From an uncultured Pseudomonadota bacterium (GTDB lineage Bacteria > Pseudomonadota > Gammaproteobacteria > Burkholderiales > CAIKXV01): 64,000 nt of DNA. The stretch's first letter is position 1, and every line of letters starts with the position of its first letter. Below, one piece after another: positions 35,441 to 44,258 of this stretch. The stretch spans positions 39,208 through 103,207 of the forward strand of contig CAIKXV010000027.1 of NCBI GenBank assembly GCA_903831455.1, read 5' to 3'. Made by a program: the position numbers and the translations under genes. The notes below the pieces were generated by a model. It saw only the letters and a list, made by a program, of their open reading frames with translations, had not been told where the DNA came from and did no database searches.

Positions 35441-35821
35441 ATGAAGACCACGTCCACCCCCCCTGTACACGAGTCGGCGGCCCCGGTCGGTCGCTGCGGC
35501 TACCACGACATCGGCGGACTCACCGCCGGAGCGATCGACCCTGCCGAAGAGCCGGTGGAGTTCTGGCACAAGCAGAACGAGGCCCTCCGCGGGCTGCTGG
35601 GCGACCCGCTGCGGCGCATGGTGTCGGTCGATGAAGTCCGGCGCGCCTTCGAGTCGTTCGGCGAGGACAAGTACAACCGCCTCTCCTTCTACGAGCGTCG
35701 ACTCGAGGCCATGCTCGACATCCTCGTCGAGAAGGGACTCATCGACCGCGAGACCTTCATGCGCAGGGTCGAGGCCGAACTCGCCGCGCGAGGCGCGGCG
35801 GCACCGGTGGCGTCGCGATGA
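35441..35821 (+). CDS. nitrile hydratase beta subunit, N-terminal-half polypeptide (thiocyanate hydrolase beta-like)
   Basis: 126 aa. GYHDIGGL ... EEPVEFWHKQNEALRGLL ... LSFYERRLEAMLDILVEKGLI matches the N-terminal domain of NHase beta subunits. It ends where the SH3-like domain would begin. Confidence 0.8.
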   Translation: MKTTSTPPVHESAAPVGRCGYHDIGGLTAGAIDPAEEPVEFWHKQNEALRGLLGDPLRRMVSVDEVRRAFESFGEDKYNRLSFYERRLEAMLDILVEKGLIDRETFMRRVEAELAARGAAAPVASR

Positions 35822-36138
35822 ATCCGCTGGCGGCCGCACCGCGGCCCGCGTGCGGCGAGCCGCGCTTCGTGCCCGGGGACCGGGTCCGGGTGCTGGACCT
35901 GCCTCGCCCCGGCCATGTACGCACCCCGCACTATGTCCGCCACAAGGTGGGGACGGTCGTCGAATACACCGGCCTGTTCCTCAACCCCGAGGACCTCGCC
36001 TACGGACGCTGCAGTGGCCCGGCCGTCAATGGCTACCGGGTCGTCTTCGACCAGTCGCACCTGTGGCGCGACTACCGGGGCAGCGGCAGCGATCGCCTGT
36101 TCATCGAACTGTACGAGCACTGGCTGGAGAGGGCCTGA
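35818..36138 (+). CDS. nitrile hydratase beta subunit, C-terminal SH3-like-half polypeptide (thiocyanate hydrolase alpha-like)
   Basis: 106 aa. FVPGDRVRVLDLPRPGHVRTPHYVRHKVGTVVEY ... YRVVFDQSHLW ... IELYEHWLE matches the C-terminal domain of NHase beta. ATG 35818 overlaps the upstream TGA (ATGA). Confidence 0.8.
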   Translation: MNPLAAAPRPACGEPRFVPGDRVRVLDLPRPGHVRTPHYVRHKVGTVVEYTGLFLNPEDLAYGRCSGPAVNGYRVVFDQSHLWRDYRGSGSDRLFIELYEHWLERA

Positions 36139-36142
36139 CCCG

Positions 36143-36808
36143 ATGCCGCACGACGCGCCCCACGGACACGATCACGACCACGACCACGACCCGCACGCGC
36201 CTGCCGCCGACCTCGGCGACGCACGCTCCCGTTGGTACGAGGTGGCCTCCGACGTGATGCGCGACATGCTGGTCGAGCGCCAGGTGCTCACCGCCCGCGA
36301 AGTGAGCCGCCAGATCGAGCTGATGGAGAGCAAGTCGATCCAGCTCGGGGGACGCCTCGTCGCCCGGGCGTGGACCGATCCCGACTTCCGCACCCGCCTG
36401 CTCGAGGACGGCAAGGCGGCCGCGGCCTCCATCGGCATCCCGATGACCGAGGCCGCGCTCAAGGTGGTCGAGGACACGCCTGCCGTGCACAACGTGATCG
36501 TCTGCACGCTGTGTTCCTGCTACCCGCGTTCGCTGCTCGGCCAGCCGCCCGCCTGGTACCGCAACAAGGCCTACCGCTCGCGCGTGGTGCGCGAGCCGCG
36601 CCAGGTCCTCGCCGAATTCGGCACCCGCGTGCCCGACGACGTCGAGATCCACGTGCACGACTCCAACGCCGACCTGCGCTTCATCGTGCTGCCGATGCGC
36701 CCGGCCGGCACCGAGCGGCTCGACGAGGCCGCCCTCGCCGCGCTCGTCACCCGCGACTGCCTGATCGGCGTGGCTCCGCCCCGGCTCCCCGACGTCGCGG
36801 CCGCCTAG
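36143..36808 (+). CDS. nitrile hydratase alpha subunit, cobalt-type (thiocyanate hydrolase gamma-like) with a His/Asp-rich N-terminus
   Basis: Metal-binding VCTLCSCYPR (CTLCSC is the Co-type signature). RQVLAEFG ... LRFIVLPMRPAGTE ... VTRDCLIGV. The N-terminus is MPHDAPHGHDHDHDHDPH. GGAGAGG lies upstream. Confidence 0.9.
   Translation: MPHDAPHGHDHDHDHDPHAPAADLGDARSRWYEVASDVMRDMLVERQVLTAREVSRQIELMESKSIQLGGRLVARAWTDPDFRTRLLEDGKAAAASIGIPMTEAALKVVEDTPAVHNVIVCTLCSCYPRSLLGQPPAWYRNKAYRSRVVREPRQVLAEFGTRVPDDVEIHVHDSNADLRFIVLPMRPAGTERLDEAALAALVTRDCLIGVAPPRLPDVAAA
36167..36190 (+). repeat. hexanucleotide repeat (CACGAY)x4 encoding (His-Asp)4
   Basis: cacgatcacgaccacgaccacgac, read directly. It lies inside the 5' end of the alpha-subunit gene. 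Confidence 0.9.
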
Positions 36809-36927
36809 CACGCCTGCGGGCTGCGGCCGCGATCGGTCGCGGCCCGCAGTGGCACGGCTCTTGCGTCGCCCCGGGGCGTCCGCGTCGGGTCCACCCGGAC
36901 CACCGGCGGATCGCCCGGAGGGTCGCC

Positions 36928-37923
36928 ATGCCGAAGTCCCGTATTGTCGTCGCGAGCGCGCCGCACGCGCTCGCCTGCGCCTTGGCCGTCGGCCTCGCGG
37001 GGTCGGGCCTGCTGCTCGCCCAGGACTTCCCGACGCGGCCGATACGGCTGGTGGTGCCCTTCGCGGCGGGTGGAGTGTCGGACATCATCGGGCGCGTGCT
37101 GGCTGCACGCTTGCAGGAGCCGTTCGGCCAACCGGTGATCGTCGACAACCGCGGCGGCGCCGGCGGCTCGATCGGCAGCGATCTGGTCGCCCGTGCCCAA
37201 CCGGACGGGCACACCTTCCTCCTGGGCAGCAACGGCACGCACGCGATCGTGCCCCACCTCTACAAGCGCCTGCCCTACGACCCGATCCGGGACTTCACGC
37301 CCATCGGCATGGTGGCGATCACCCCGACCGTGCTCGCGGTCAACCCGGATCTGCCGGCGCGCACGGTGCGCGAACTGATCGCCCTCGCCCGCGCCCGGCC
37401 CGGACAGCTGGCCTTCGGATCGTCCGGGATCGGCAGCACCTCCCACCTCGCCGGCGAGATGCTGGCCGCGCTGGGCGCCGTCAGCATCAACCATGTCCCG
37501 TACAAGAGCGCGTCGGCCGCCTACCCGGACGTGTTCGGCGGGCGGATACCGCTGATCTTCGACAGCGTGCTGTCGATGACGCCCTACCTCAAGGCGGGAA
37601 AGCTGCGGGCGCTCGCCGTCACCACGCCGCGCCGCGTCGCGACCCTTCCCGACGTGCCGACGATGGCCGAGGCCGGGCTCGCCGGCTACTCGGTCACCCT
37701 GTGGATCGCGACCTTCGGTCCCGCGGGACTGCCGCCCGCGATCGCCATGCGCCACGTGAAGGCGCAGCAGGCGGTACTCTCCGCGCCCGAGGTGCGCGAG
37801 CAGCTCGGCGCGCAGGGTGCGGAGATCGCCGCCGGCACGCCGGCCGAACTCGCTGCGGCGGTCGTCTCCGATCTCAAGCGCATGGGCGAACTCGTGCGCG
37901 CTGCGAAGATCGAGCCGCAATGA
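36928..37923 (+). CDS. Bug-family (TTT) periplasmic solute-binding protein
   Basis: Signal peptide ...GLLLAQDFPTRPIRLVVPFAAGGVSD, DNRGGAGG, HVPYKSASAA. ATG 36928 lies 5 nt after GGAGGG. Confidence 0.9.
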   Translation: MPKSRIVVASAPHALACALAVGLAGSGLLLAQDFPTRPIRLVVPFAAGGVSDIIGRVLAARLQEPFGQPVIVDNRGGAGGSIGSDLVARAQPDGHTFLLGSNGTHAIVPHLYKRLPYDPIRDFTPIGMVAITPTVLAVNPDLPARTVRELIALARARPGQLAFGSSGIGSTSHLAGEMLAALGAVSINHVPYKSASAAYPDVFGGRIPLIFDSVLSMTPYLKAGKLRALAVTTPRRVATLPDVPTMAEAGLAGYSVTLWIATFGPAGLPPAIAMRHVKAQQAVLSAPEVREQLGAQGAEIAAGTPAELAAAVVSDLKRMGELVRAAKIEPQ

Positions 37924-39044
37924 TCGCCCCCGGCCCACTGGCGAACACCCGCGCCCCCCGGCCTGCACGGCGCGATCCGGCATCGACGCAGCCGCCAGGA
38001 CACGCATCCGGACACATCCGTGCCCTTGCCCTCACCCGGGCCGGTCCATCCGCCCCGGCGGCCCTTGCCGGTACCGGCACGGCACGACGCGCACTGGCCG
38101 TGGCCTCGCTCGGTGCCGCGTCGCTGATCGCTGGCCCGGCCGCGGCCGCCGACTACCCCAGCCGACCGATCCGCTTCGTCATTCCGTTCGCCGCCGCCGG
38201 AGTCTCCGACATCGTGGCTCGAACGCTCGGCGCCCGCCTCCAGGACTCGCTCGGCCAGCCGGTCATCTACGACAACCGCGGAGGCGCGGGCGGCACGATC
38301 GGCACCGACCTGGTGGCGCGTGCATCGCCCGACGGACACACGCTGGGCATCGGCAATCTCTCCACGCACACGATCGCACCGAGCGTGTACCGCAAGCTGC
38401 CCTACGATCCACTCCGCGACTTCGCGCCCCTCAGCCTGGTGGCCACTGCGCCCAACGTGATGGCGGTCAGTGCCGCCCTTCCGGCGAAGACGCTCAAGGA
38501 CGTGATCGCCCTGTCGCGGACCCGGTCGCTCTCCTTCGCGTCCTCGGGCACCGGCACGGTGTTCCACCTGGCCGGCGAGATGGTCAACGTCTCGGCCGGG
38601 ATCTCCCTGGTCCACGTCCCGTACAAGGGCGTCGCGGCCGCCTATCCGGAGGTCATCGCCGGCAGCGTGCCGCTGATCTTCGACAGCCTGATCTCCGCGA
38701 CGGGCCATATCCGCGCCGGACGCATCCGTCCGATCGCGCAGACCGGTGCCCGGCGCTCGCCCGTGCTGCCCGACGTGCCGACGATGGCCGAGGCCGGGCT
38801 GCCCGGGGTCGTCCTCGATTTCTGGCTGGGCTTCTTCGCGCCGGCGGGCACGCCCGCTCCCGTGGTGGGTCGCCTCAATGGCGACATCCTGAAGGCCCTT
38901 GCGATCCCCGAGGTCCGGCAGCAGTTGGCCGCCCAGGGCGCCGATGTGGTCGGCAGCAGCCCGGAGGCGCTGCGCGAGCAGATCCGCACGGGCATACCCC
39001 GGATGGCCGCGCTCGTGAAGGCCGCGCGGATCGACCCGGAATGA
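37920..39044 (+). CDS. Bug-family (TTT) periplasmic solute-binding protein
   Basis: ARRALAVASLGAASLIAGPAAAADYPSRPIRFVIPFAAAGVSD, DNRGGAGG, HVPYKGVAAA. The only in-frame ATG (37920) overlaps the upstream stop (ATGA). It gives an unusually long roughly 55-aa pre-signal region, so the start is uncertain. Confidence 0.85.
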   Translation: MIAPGPLANTRAPRPARRDPASTQPPGHASGHIRALALTRAGPSAPAALAGTGTARRALAVASLGAASLIAGPAAAADYPSRPIRFVIPFAAAGVSDIVARTLGARLQDSLGQPVIYDNRGGAGGTIGTDLVARASPDGHTLGIGNLSTHTIAPSVYRKLPYDPLRDFAPLSLVATAPNVMAVSAALPAKTLKDVIALSRTRSLSFASSGTGTVFHLAGEMVNVSAGISLVHVPYKGVAAAYPEVIAGSVPLIFDSLISATGHIRAGRIRPIAQTGARRSPVLPDVPTMAEAGLPGVVLDFWLGFFAPAGTPAPVVGRLNGDILKALAIPEVRQQLAAQGADVVGSSPEALREQIRTGIPRMAALVKAARIDPE

Positions 39045-39264
39045 GTGCGAGGCCACCGCGCGCGAAAGCCGCCCCCCCCGCGAGGTGACGGCTCCCCGGC
39101 CGCGCGACGCACGCGGGGCTGGCGGCCGGATGGCGGCTGGCGCCGATCGATCGCGGTGGGGCGGCGAGGCGTGATCGCCGCGGCCGGCACCTTCGGTCGC
39201 ACCGCGCCCGGGAAACCGGTCGGGCGAGCGAGGCTCTCGCCGCGTGCGCTTCGGCCGTCGGGGT

Positions 39265-39903
39265 TCAGATCGGCCGAGGCTCGATCGCGATGCGAAGGGC
39301 GAGTGCGAACAGCACCGCGCCCAGCACCCAGCGTTGCGCAGCCAGCCACCCGGGATGCTCGGCAAACGTGCGCGCGATCGCGCCCGCGGTGAGCACCAGC
39401 CACAGGTCGAAGACGACGCTCACCGCCATCTGGACCGCGCCCAGCAGCATCGACTGCGCGAACACGCTGCCGCGCGCCGGATCGACGAACTGCGGGAACA
39501 GCGCGAGGTAGAACATCGCGACCTTCGGGTTGAGCACGTTGGTGAGCATCCCCTTCGTGAACAGGACGGTCGTCCGCTCCGGCGCCAGCGGTCGCGGCGC
39601 AAACGGAGAGGCGCCCCCGGGTCGAACCGCGTCCCACGCCATCCAGGCCAGCCATCCGGCACCGGCATACTTGACCAGGTCGAAGGCCGGCGGCCACCAG
39701 CGGAACACCACCGACAGACCGGCAGCCGCCGCGACCCCATGCACGGCGAAGCCCGCAAGCACGCCCGCCAGCGAGACCACGCCGGCACGACTGCCCTGGC
39801 AGATCGCGCGCGACAGCAGGTAGGCCATGTTCGGACCGGGCGTGACCACCAGTACCACGCAGGCAGCCCCGAAGAGCGCGAGTTCGTCGAACGGGATCAG
39901 CAT
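39265..39903 (-). CDS. LysE/RhtB-family amino acid exporter
   Basis: 212 aa and about 6 TM segments. The N-terminal VVTPGPNMAYLLSRA and the mid-protein NVLNPKVAMFYLALFPQF are signatures of the LysE superfamily. Confidence 0.85.
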   Translation of the reverse strand: MLIPFDELALFGAACVVLVVTPGPNMAYLLSRAICQGSRAGVVSLAGVLAGFAVHGVAAAAGLSVVFRWWPPAFDLVKYAGAGWLAWMAWDAVRPGGASPFAPRPLAPERTTVLFTKGMLTNVLNPKVAMFYLALFPQFVDPARGSVFAQSMLLGAVQMAVSVVFDLWLVLTAGAIARTFAEHPGWLAAQRWVLGAVLFALALRIAIEPRPI

Positions 39904-39990
39904 CGGACGGTCCGCGGCCCGAAGGTCGGCCGCCGCACCCGCCTCGCCGGGGGACGCTCGCGCACGGACGACCCGTCCACCCGAGCAGGC

Positions 39991-40746
39991 TCAGGCGTGC
40001 AACCGGTAGAGCGTGGTCTGCTCGAGATCGTCGCCGTACCAGGCGCGGATCGACGCCTCGCGCGTCCCGAGGTAGGTGGTGCTCCCCTCGCGCTGGGTCA
40101 TCGGCAGGTCGTGGCCCGGCACCAGCACGCTGCCGTCCCGCGCCTGCCAGTGGCGCCAGATCATCGCGATCGACTCGGCGGAAGCCCTTGCATCGAAGGT
40201 CATGTCGGTCGCGCGGGACACCATCTCCGCCCGGTTCTTCGCCGCGTCGCCGGTGAACACGATGTCGCGCTCGCGCCCATGCAGCACGTAGACGAGGCAA
40301 CCGGGCGTGTGCCCGGGCGCGAGGTGGGCGGTCATGCCCGGGAAGACCTCCGCTCCATCCTCGGCGGCCGCCAGCGTCGGCCAGCGCGCCAGTTCGCGCA
40401 CGTACAGTTCCGGTACCGGGGTCTCGCCCCAGGGCGCGCTGGCACCCCATTCGAGTTCGCGCGAACCGATCACGATGCGGGCGTTCGGGAACATCGTGAA
40501 GTTCACGCTGTGATCGTAGTGGCAGTGGGTCAGGATCACGTCGGTGACCTGCGCGGGCGACACGCCGCGCTCGGCGAGTCGCTCCTTCAGCATCCGGCGC
40601 ATGCCGAACGAGCCGGTATCGACGAGCGCGACTCGACCGTCGCCGCGCAGCAGCGCGACCGTACTCCAGCCCAGTCCGCCGTGGCAGACCGATTTGCCGG
40701 GATAGCCCTGCACCACGATGTCGATGTCGAAATTGTCCAGCTTCAT
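39991..40746 (-). CDS. MBL-fold metallo-hydrolase
   Basis: THCHYDH (HxHxDH) zinc motif, with a later PGHTPG and GD. 251 aa. ATG 40746 is internal to ORF 39991..41022. Confidence 0.8.
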   Translation of the reverse strand: MKLDNFDIDIVVQGYPGKSVCHGGLGWSTVALLRGDGRVALVDTGSFGMRRMLKERLAERGVSPAQVTDVILTHCHYDHSVNFTMFPNARIVIGSRELEWGASAPWGETPVPELYVRELARWPTLAAAEDGAEVFPGMTAHLAPGHTPGCLVYVLHGRERDIVFTGDAAKNRAEMVSRATDMTFDARASAESIAMIWRHWQARDGSVLVPGHDLPMTQREGSTTYLGTREASIRAWYGDDLEQTTLYRLHA

Positions 40747-40960
40747 GTGCACGCTCCGGAGGACGACGGTCGCCGGCGGGCGACCCGGTGTCGACCGATT
40801 GTCTCGCAAGTGCGGGGCGGCTTCCCGTCCGACCCGGCCGCGGGCGGGCGCGATGCAACCGAGCCGCGCATCGGCCCCATAATCCGGGTCGGAGTCCGGC
40901 GCGGCGACCCGGAAGGTCCCGGGCGAACCGGTGCGGACAGGCACACAGGAGGAGTGGAAC

Positions 40961-41863
40961 GTGGCGGACGCGAGGGTCGGCGTGGTGGGGCTGGGCAACA
41001 TGGGCGGCGGAGTGGCGCGCAACTATGCGCGCAAGGGCGTGCCGCTGGCGGTTTGGGATGTGTCCGAGTCGGCGTGCGCGCCGTTCCGGTCCCAGCCGGG
41101 CGTACGGGTCATGGCCCCGGGCGAGATGGCCTCGCGCTGCGAGATGATCATCTTCGTGGTGCCCGCAACGCCCGAGATCGCCGCGAGCCTCGAGGGTCCC
41201 GACGGCGTGCTCGCGCATGCGCGACCGGGCCTGGTGGTCTACGACTTCACCACCTCGGACCCTCGGGATTCGCGCGCGCTCGCCGCGAAAGCCGCGGCCC
41301 GCGGCGTGCACTACCTCGACGCGGGCATGAGCGGCGGGGCCACCGGCGCGGACGCCGGCACGCTCACGCTGATGATCGGCGGCGACGCGCAGGCCTTCGA
41401 GCGCACGCGGGAACTGCTCGGCCACGTGGCCGAGCGGCTGTTCCATCTCGGCGCAAGCGGAGCCGGTCACACCATGAAGCTGATCCACAACATGGTGTGC
41501 CATACGATCTTCCTGTCCACCTGCGAGGGTGGTCGGATGGCCGAGGCGGCGGGGATCCGTCTCGAGGACATGATCGCGGTGTTCAACGTCTCCAACGCGC
41601 GCAGCTACGCGAGCGAGATGCGGTTCCCGAAGCACATCCTGTCGGGCAAGTGGGACGCACGCTCCCGGGTCTACAACCTGCGGAAGGACCTGTCGATGGC
41701 GGTGGACCTGGCCGGCTCCATCCCGGCCGAGGTACCCCTGGGGACCTTCACCCGGGACTTCCTCGACGCCGCCATGGACCAGGGCATGAGCGAGATCGAC
41801 TACTCGCGCCTGTACGAACGATTCGACCCGATCATGGCCGAAGTGCGTCAGCGCAAGGCCTGA
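40961..41863 (+). CDS. NAD(P)-dependent beta-hydroxyacid dehydrogenase (HIBADH family)
   Basis: GTG 40961 lies 6 nt after AGGAGGAG. VGVVGLGNMGGGVARN, DAGMSGG, and GAGHTMKLIHN motifs. Confidence 0.85.
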   Translation: MADARVGVVGLGNMGGGVARNYARKGVPLAVWDVSESACAPFRSQPGVRVMAPGEMASRCEMIIFVVPATPEIAASLEGPDGVLAHARPGLVVYDFTTSDPRDSRALAAKAAARGVHYLDAGMSGGATGADAGTLTLMIGGDAQAFERTRELLGHVAERLFHLGASGAGHTMKLIHNMVCHTIFLSTCEGGRMAEAAGIRLEDMIAVFNVSNARSYASEMRFPKHILSGKWDARSRVYNLRKDLSMAVDLAGSIPAEVPLGTFTRDFLDAAMDQGMSEIDYSRLYERFDPIMAEVRQRKA

Positions 41864-42028
41864 GCCGGGGACTGACGCCGCCCCCGGCCGGACGGGCCGG
41901 CACGCCTGCAGCCCTCGCGGCGGAAACACCCTCGCCGCGGGGGCTCGCCGCGCCTGCCGCGCGCCGGCGACGCGTCGACACGGCTTGCACGCCGGCCGCC
42001 CGTACCGCGCGCGGACGGCATGCCCTCC

Positions 42029-42054
42029 CCCGCAGCCGGGTCGAAGGCTGCGGG
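42029..42054. terminator. candidate hairpin between convergent genes
   Basis: CCCGCAGCC-GGGTCGAA-GGCTGCGGG (9-bp stem, 8-nt loop) lies in the 246-bp convergent spacer. There is no U tract. Confidence 0.35.
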
Positions 42055-42108
42055 CCTGGGGCGTGCGGTCGACGGGCCGCCACGAGTCGTGCGGGGGCCA
42101 ACCCGCGG

Positions 42109-43329
42109 TCAGATGACCCCGTCGGCCCGCAGCGCCTCGAACTCCGCCTCGTCCATGCCCAGCCGCTCGAGATAGATCTCGCGGTTGTGCACGCCCATCG
42201 GGAGGCCCGCGTGCGCGATGCGCCCCGGCGTCTCGGACAACCGCGGCTGCACCCGCGGCATGCGCAGCCGCCCGAGCTCGGGGTCGTCGATCTCGGTGAG
42301 CGCCTCGCGGGCGATCATGTGCGGATCCTCGGCCAGGTCGCGAAAGTCGGCGATGGGCGCTGCAGCCACCTCCGCCGCGAGCAGCCGCTGCATGCAGTCG
42401 CGCTGGTCGAGGGAGGCCACCCACTCCCCGACGATGGCATCGAGTGCGTCGACGTTGGCGAGCCGGGCCTGGTTGGTGGCGAAGCGCTCGTCCTCGAGCA
42501 GGTCGGCGCGCCCCATCTCCCGGAACAGCCGCTCGGTGATCGCCTGCGTCGAACCGGCAATCGCGATCCAGCGTTCGTCGCGCGTGCGATAGGTGTTGCG
42601 CGGCGCCGAGCCTGTCGTGCGGTTGCCTGCGCGCCGCCCGGGAAGACCCAGCTGGTCCCACGAGACGGCATGGCCGGTCAGCACCGTGTACAGGGACTCC
42701 ACCAGGCTGGTGTCGATCGACTGGCCACGCCCCGTTGCACGGGCATCGCGGCGGTAGAGCGCGAGCATCACCCCGATCGTGGAATACAGCGCGGCGGTGG
42801 TGTCGGCCAGCGGGAAAGGCGGCAGCGTCGGCGGCCCGTCGGGCTGGCCGGTGATGTGGGCGAAGCCGCTCATCGCCTCGGCCAGCGTGCCGAAGCCCGG
42901 ACGGTCGCGATAGGGCCCCGTCTGCCCGAAACCCGACACGCGCACCATCACCAGCCCGGGGCTCAACTCGCGCAGCGACTCGTAGCCCAGGTTCCATCGT
43001 TCGAAGGTACCGGCGCGAAAGCTCTCGATCAGCACGTCGGCCTTCAGGCGCTGCACCAGTCGCCTGAACAGCGCCTGTCCACCGGGCTTGCTGAGCGAGA
43101 GCGTGATGGTCTTCTTGTTGCGGGAGAGCTGCTTCCAGACGAGCGGAACGCCCCCCTTGTTGCGCCCGAAGTAGCGCCCCTGATCGCCACCCTGCGGGTT
43201 CTCGACCTTGATCACCTCGGCACCGAAGTCGCCCAGGATCATCGCGATCGTCGGCCCGGCCACCACCTGCCCGCAATCGATCACCGTGATGCCGGAGAGC
43301 GGCAGTTCGCCCGACGTCTGCTCACTCAT
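42109..43329 (-). CDS. family III CoA-transferase (CaiB/BaiF/Frc-like)
   Basis: GITVIDCGQVVAGPTIAMILGDFGAEVIKVE and SRNKKT motifs. 406 aa. Confidence 0.9.
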   Translation of the reverse strand: MSEQTSGELPLSGITVIDCGQVVAGPTIAMILGDFGAEVIKVENPQGGDQGRYFGRNKGGVPLVWKQLSRNKKTITLSLSKPGGQALFRRLVQRLKADVLIESFRAGTFERWNLGYESLRELSPGLVMVRVSGFGQTGPYRDRPGFGTLAEAMSGFAHITGQPDGPPTLPPFPLADTTAALYSTIGVMLALYRRDARATGRGQSIDTSLVESLYTVLTGHAVSWDQLGLPGRRAGNRTTGSAPRNTYRTRDERWIAIAGSTQAITERLFREMGRADLLEDERFATNQARLANVDALDAIVGEWVASLDQRDCMQRLLAAEVAAAPIADFRDLAEDPHMIAREALTEIDDPELGRLRMPRVQPRLSETPGRIAHAGLPMGVHNREIYLERLGMDEAEFEALRADGVI

Positions 43330-44218
43330 GCCCGCGCCCTCCGCGCGCCGCCGACTCGGCCCAGGCCATCACGCGCCGGGCGGTATCGACCATCGCGTAG
43401 TCGACCATGGTGCCGTCGACCGTGGTGGCCGCGGAGCCCCGCGCCACCGCGGCATCGAAGGCCTCGATCACCCGCCGGTAGTAGTCGAGCTCGCGGGCAG
43501 TCGGCATGAAGATTCCGTTGACCACCGGCACCTGCGCCGGGTGGATGCACGACTTGCCACGATAGCCGAGCCGGCGCACCGTCTCGCAGCACTGGCGCAG
43601 TCCGTCCTCGTCGCGAATGCGCGCGTAGGTGCCGTCGAGCACGTGCGCGACACCGGCTGCCTTGGCCGCCAGCAGCACCCGCGATCGCACGTAGAGCACC
43701 TCGGTGCCCTCGGGCGACCACTGGTAGCCGAGGTCGGCCTGCAGGTCCCCGTCCTGCGCGGTGCCGCAACTCACCGCATTGACCCTCGGCGAGGCCGCGC
43801 AGATCTCGTGGGCGTTCCAGACGCCGCGCGCGGTCTCGAGGCTGGGGCAGATGCGCACCGAGCCTGGCGGCATCCCCGCGCGCGCCTCGCGCTCGCCGAT
43901 CAGCCGGTCCACTTCGCGCACCGTCGCAGCCGAGTCGGTCATCGCCAGGCGGACCGCCGCGAGCCCGGGGCGCACGATCGCCTCCAGATCCGCCTCGAGC
44001 CATCCGGTGGAGATCGCGTTCACCCGAACGTAGAGCACGTGGCGCGAACCGTTGAGCCCGATGTAGTCGTGGGCGATGTCCCGCGCCCGCGCCTTCTCGG
44101 CTACGGGTACCGAGTCCTCGAGGTCGAGGATGAGCGCGTCGGCACCGCTGCGCGGCGCCTTGCCCAGCATGTCCTCGCGATTGCCCGGCACGAACAGCAG
44201 GCTGCGGGGACCGCTCAC
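43322..44218 (-). CDS. HpcH/HpaI aldolase / citrate lyase beta (CitE)-like acyl-CoA lyase
   Basis: SLLFVPGNREDMLGKAPRSGADALILDLEDSV and ETARGV / IHPAQV motifs are typical of CitE/malyl- or citramalyl-CoA lyases. There is an 8-nt overlap with the CoA-transferase gene. Confidence 0.85.
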   Translation of the reverse strand: MSGPRSLLFVPGNREDMLGKAPRSGADALILDLEDSVPVAEKARARDIAHDYIGLNGSRHVLYVRVNAISTGWLEADLEAIVRPGLAAVRLAMTDSAATVREVDRLIGEREARAGMPPGSVRICPSLETARGVWNAHEICAASPRVNAVSCGTAQDGDLQADLGYQWSPEGTEVLYVRSRVLLAAKAAGVAHVLDGTYARIRDEDGLRQCCETVRRLGYRGKSCIHPAQVPVVNGIFMPTARELDYYRRVIEAFDAAVARGSAATTVDGTMVDYAMVDTARRVMAWAESAARGGRGHE

Positions 44219-44258
44219 GACGGTCCCCGGAAACCGTGGCCGGCCCGATACCCCTGCC

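Noticed and set aside
38642-43276. Giant 1544-aa minus-strand ORF, together with the overlapping 1421-aa plus-strand ORF at 39244..43509
   Set aside because: The translations are monotonous Arg/Ala/Gly/Pro-rich strings with no motifs. These ORFs run across at least six well-supported genes on both strands (Bug, LysE, MBL, HIBADH, CoA-transferase, CitE). They are the typical stop-codon-poor off-frame artefact of roughly 70% GC DNA.
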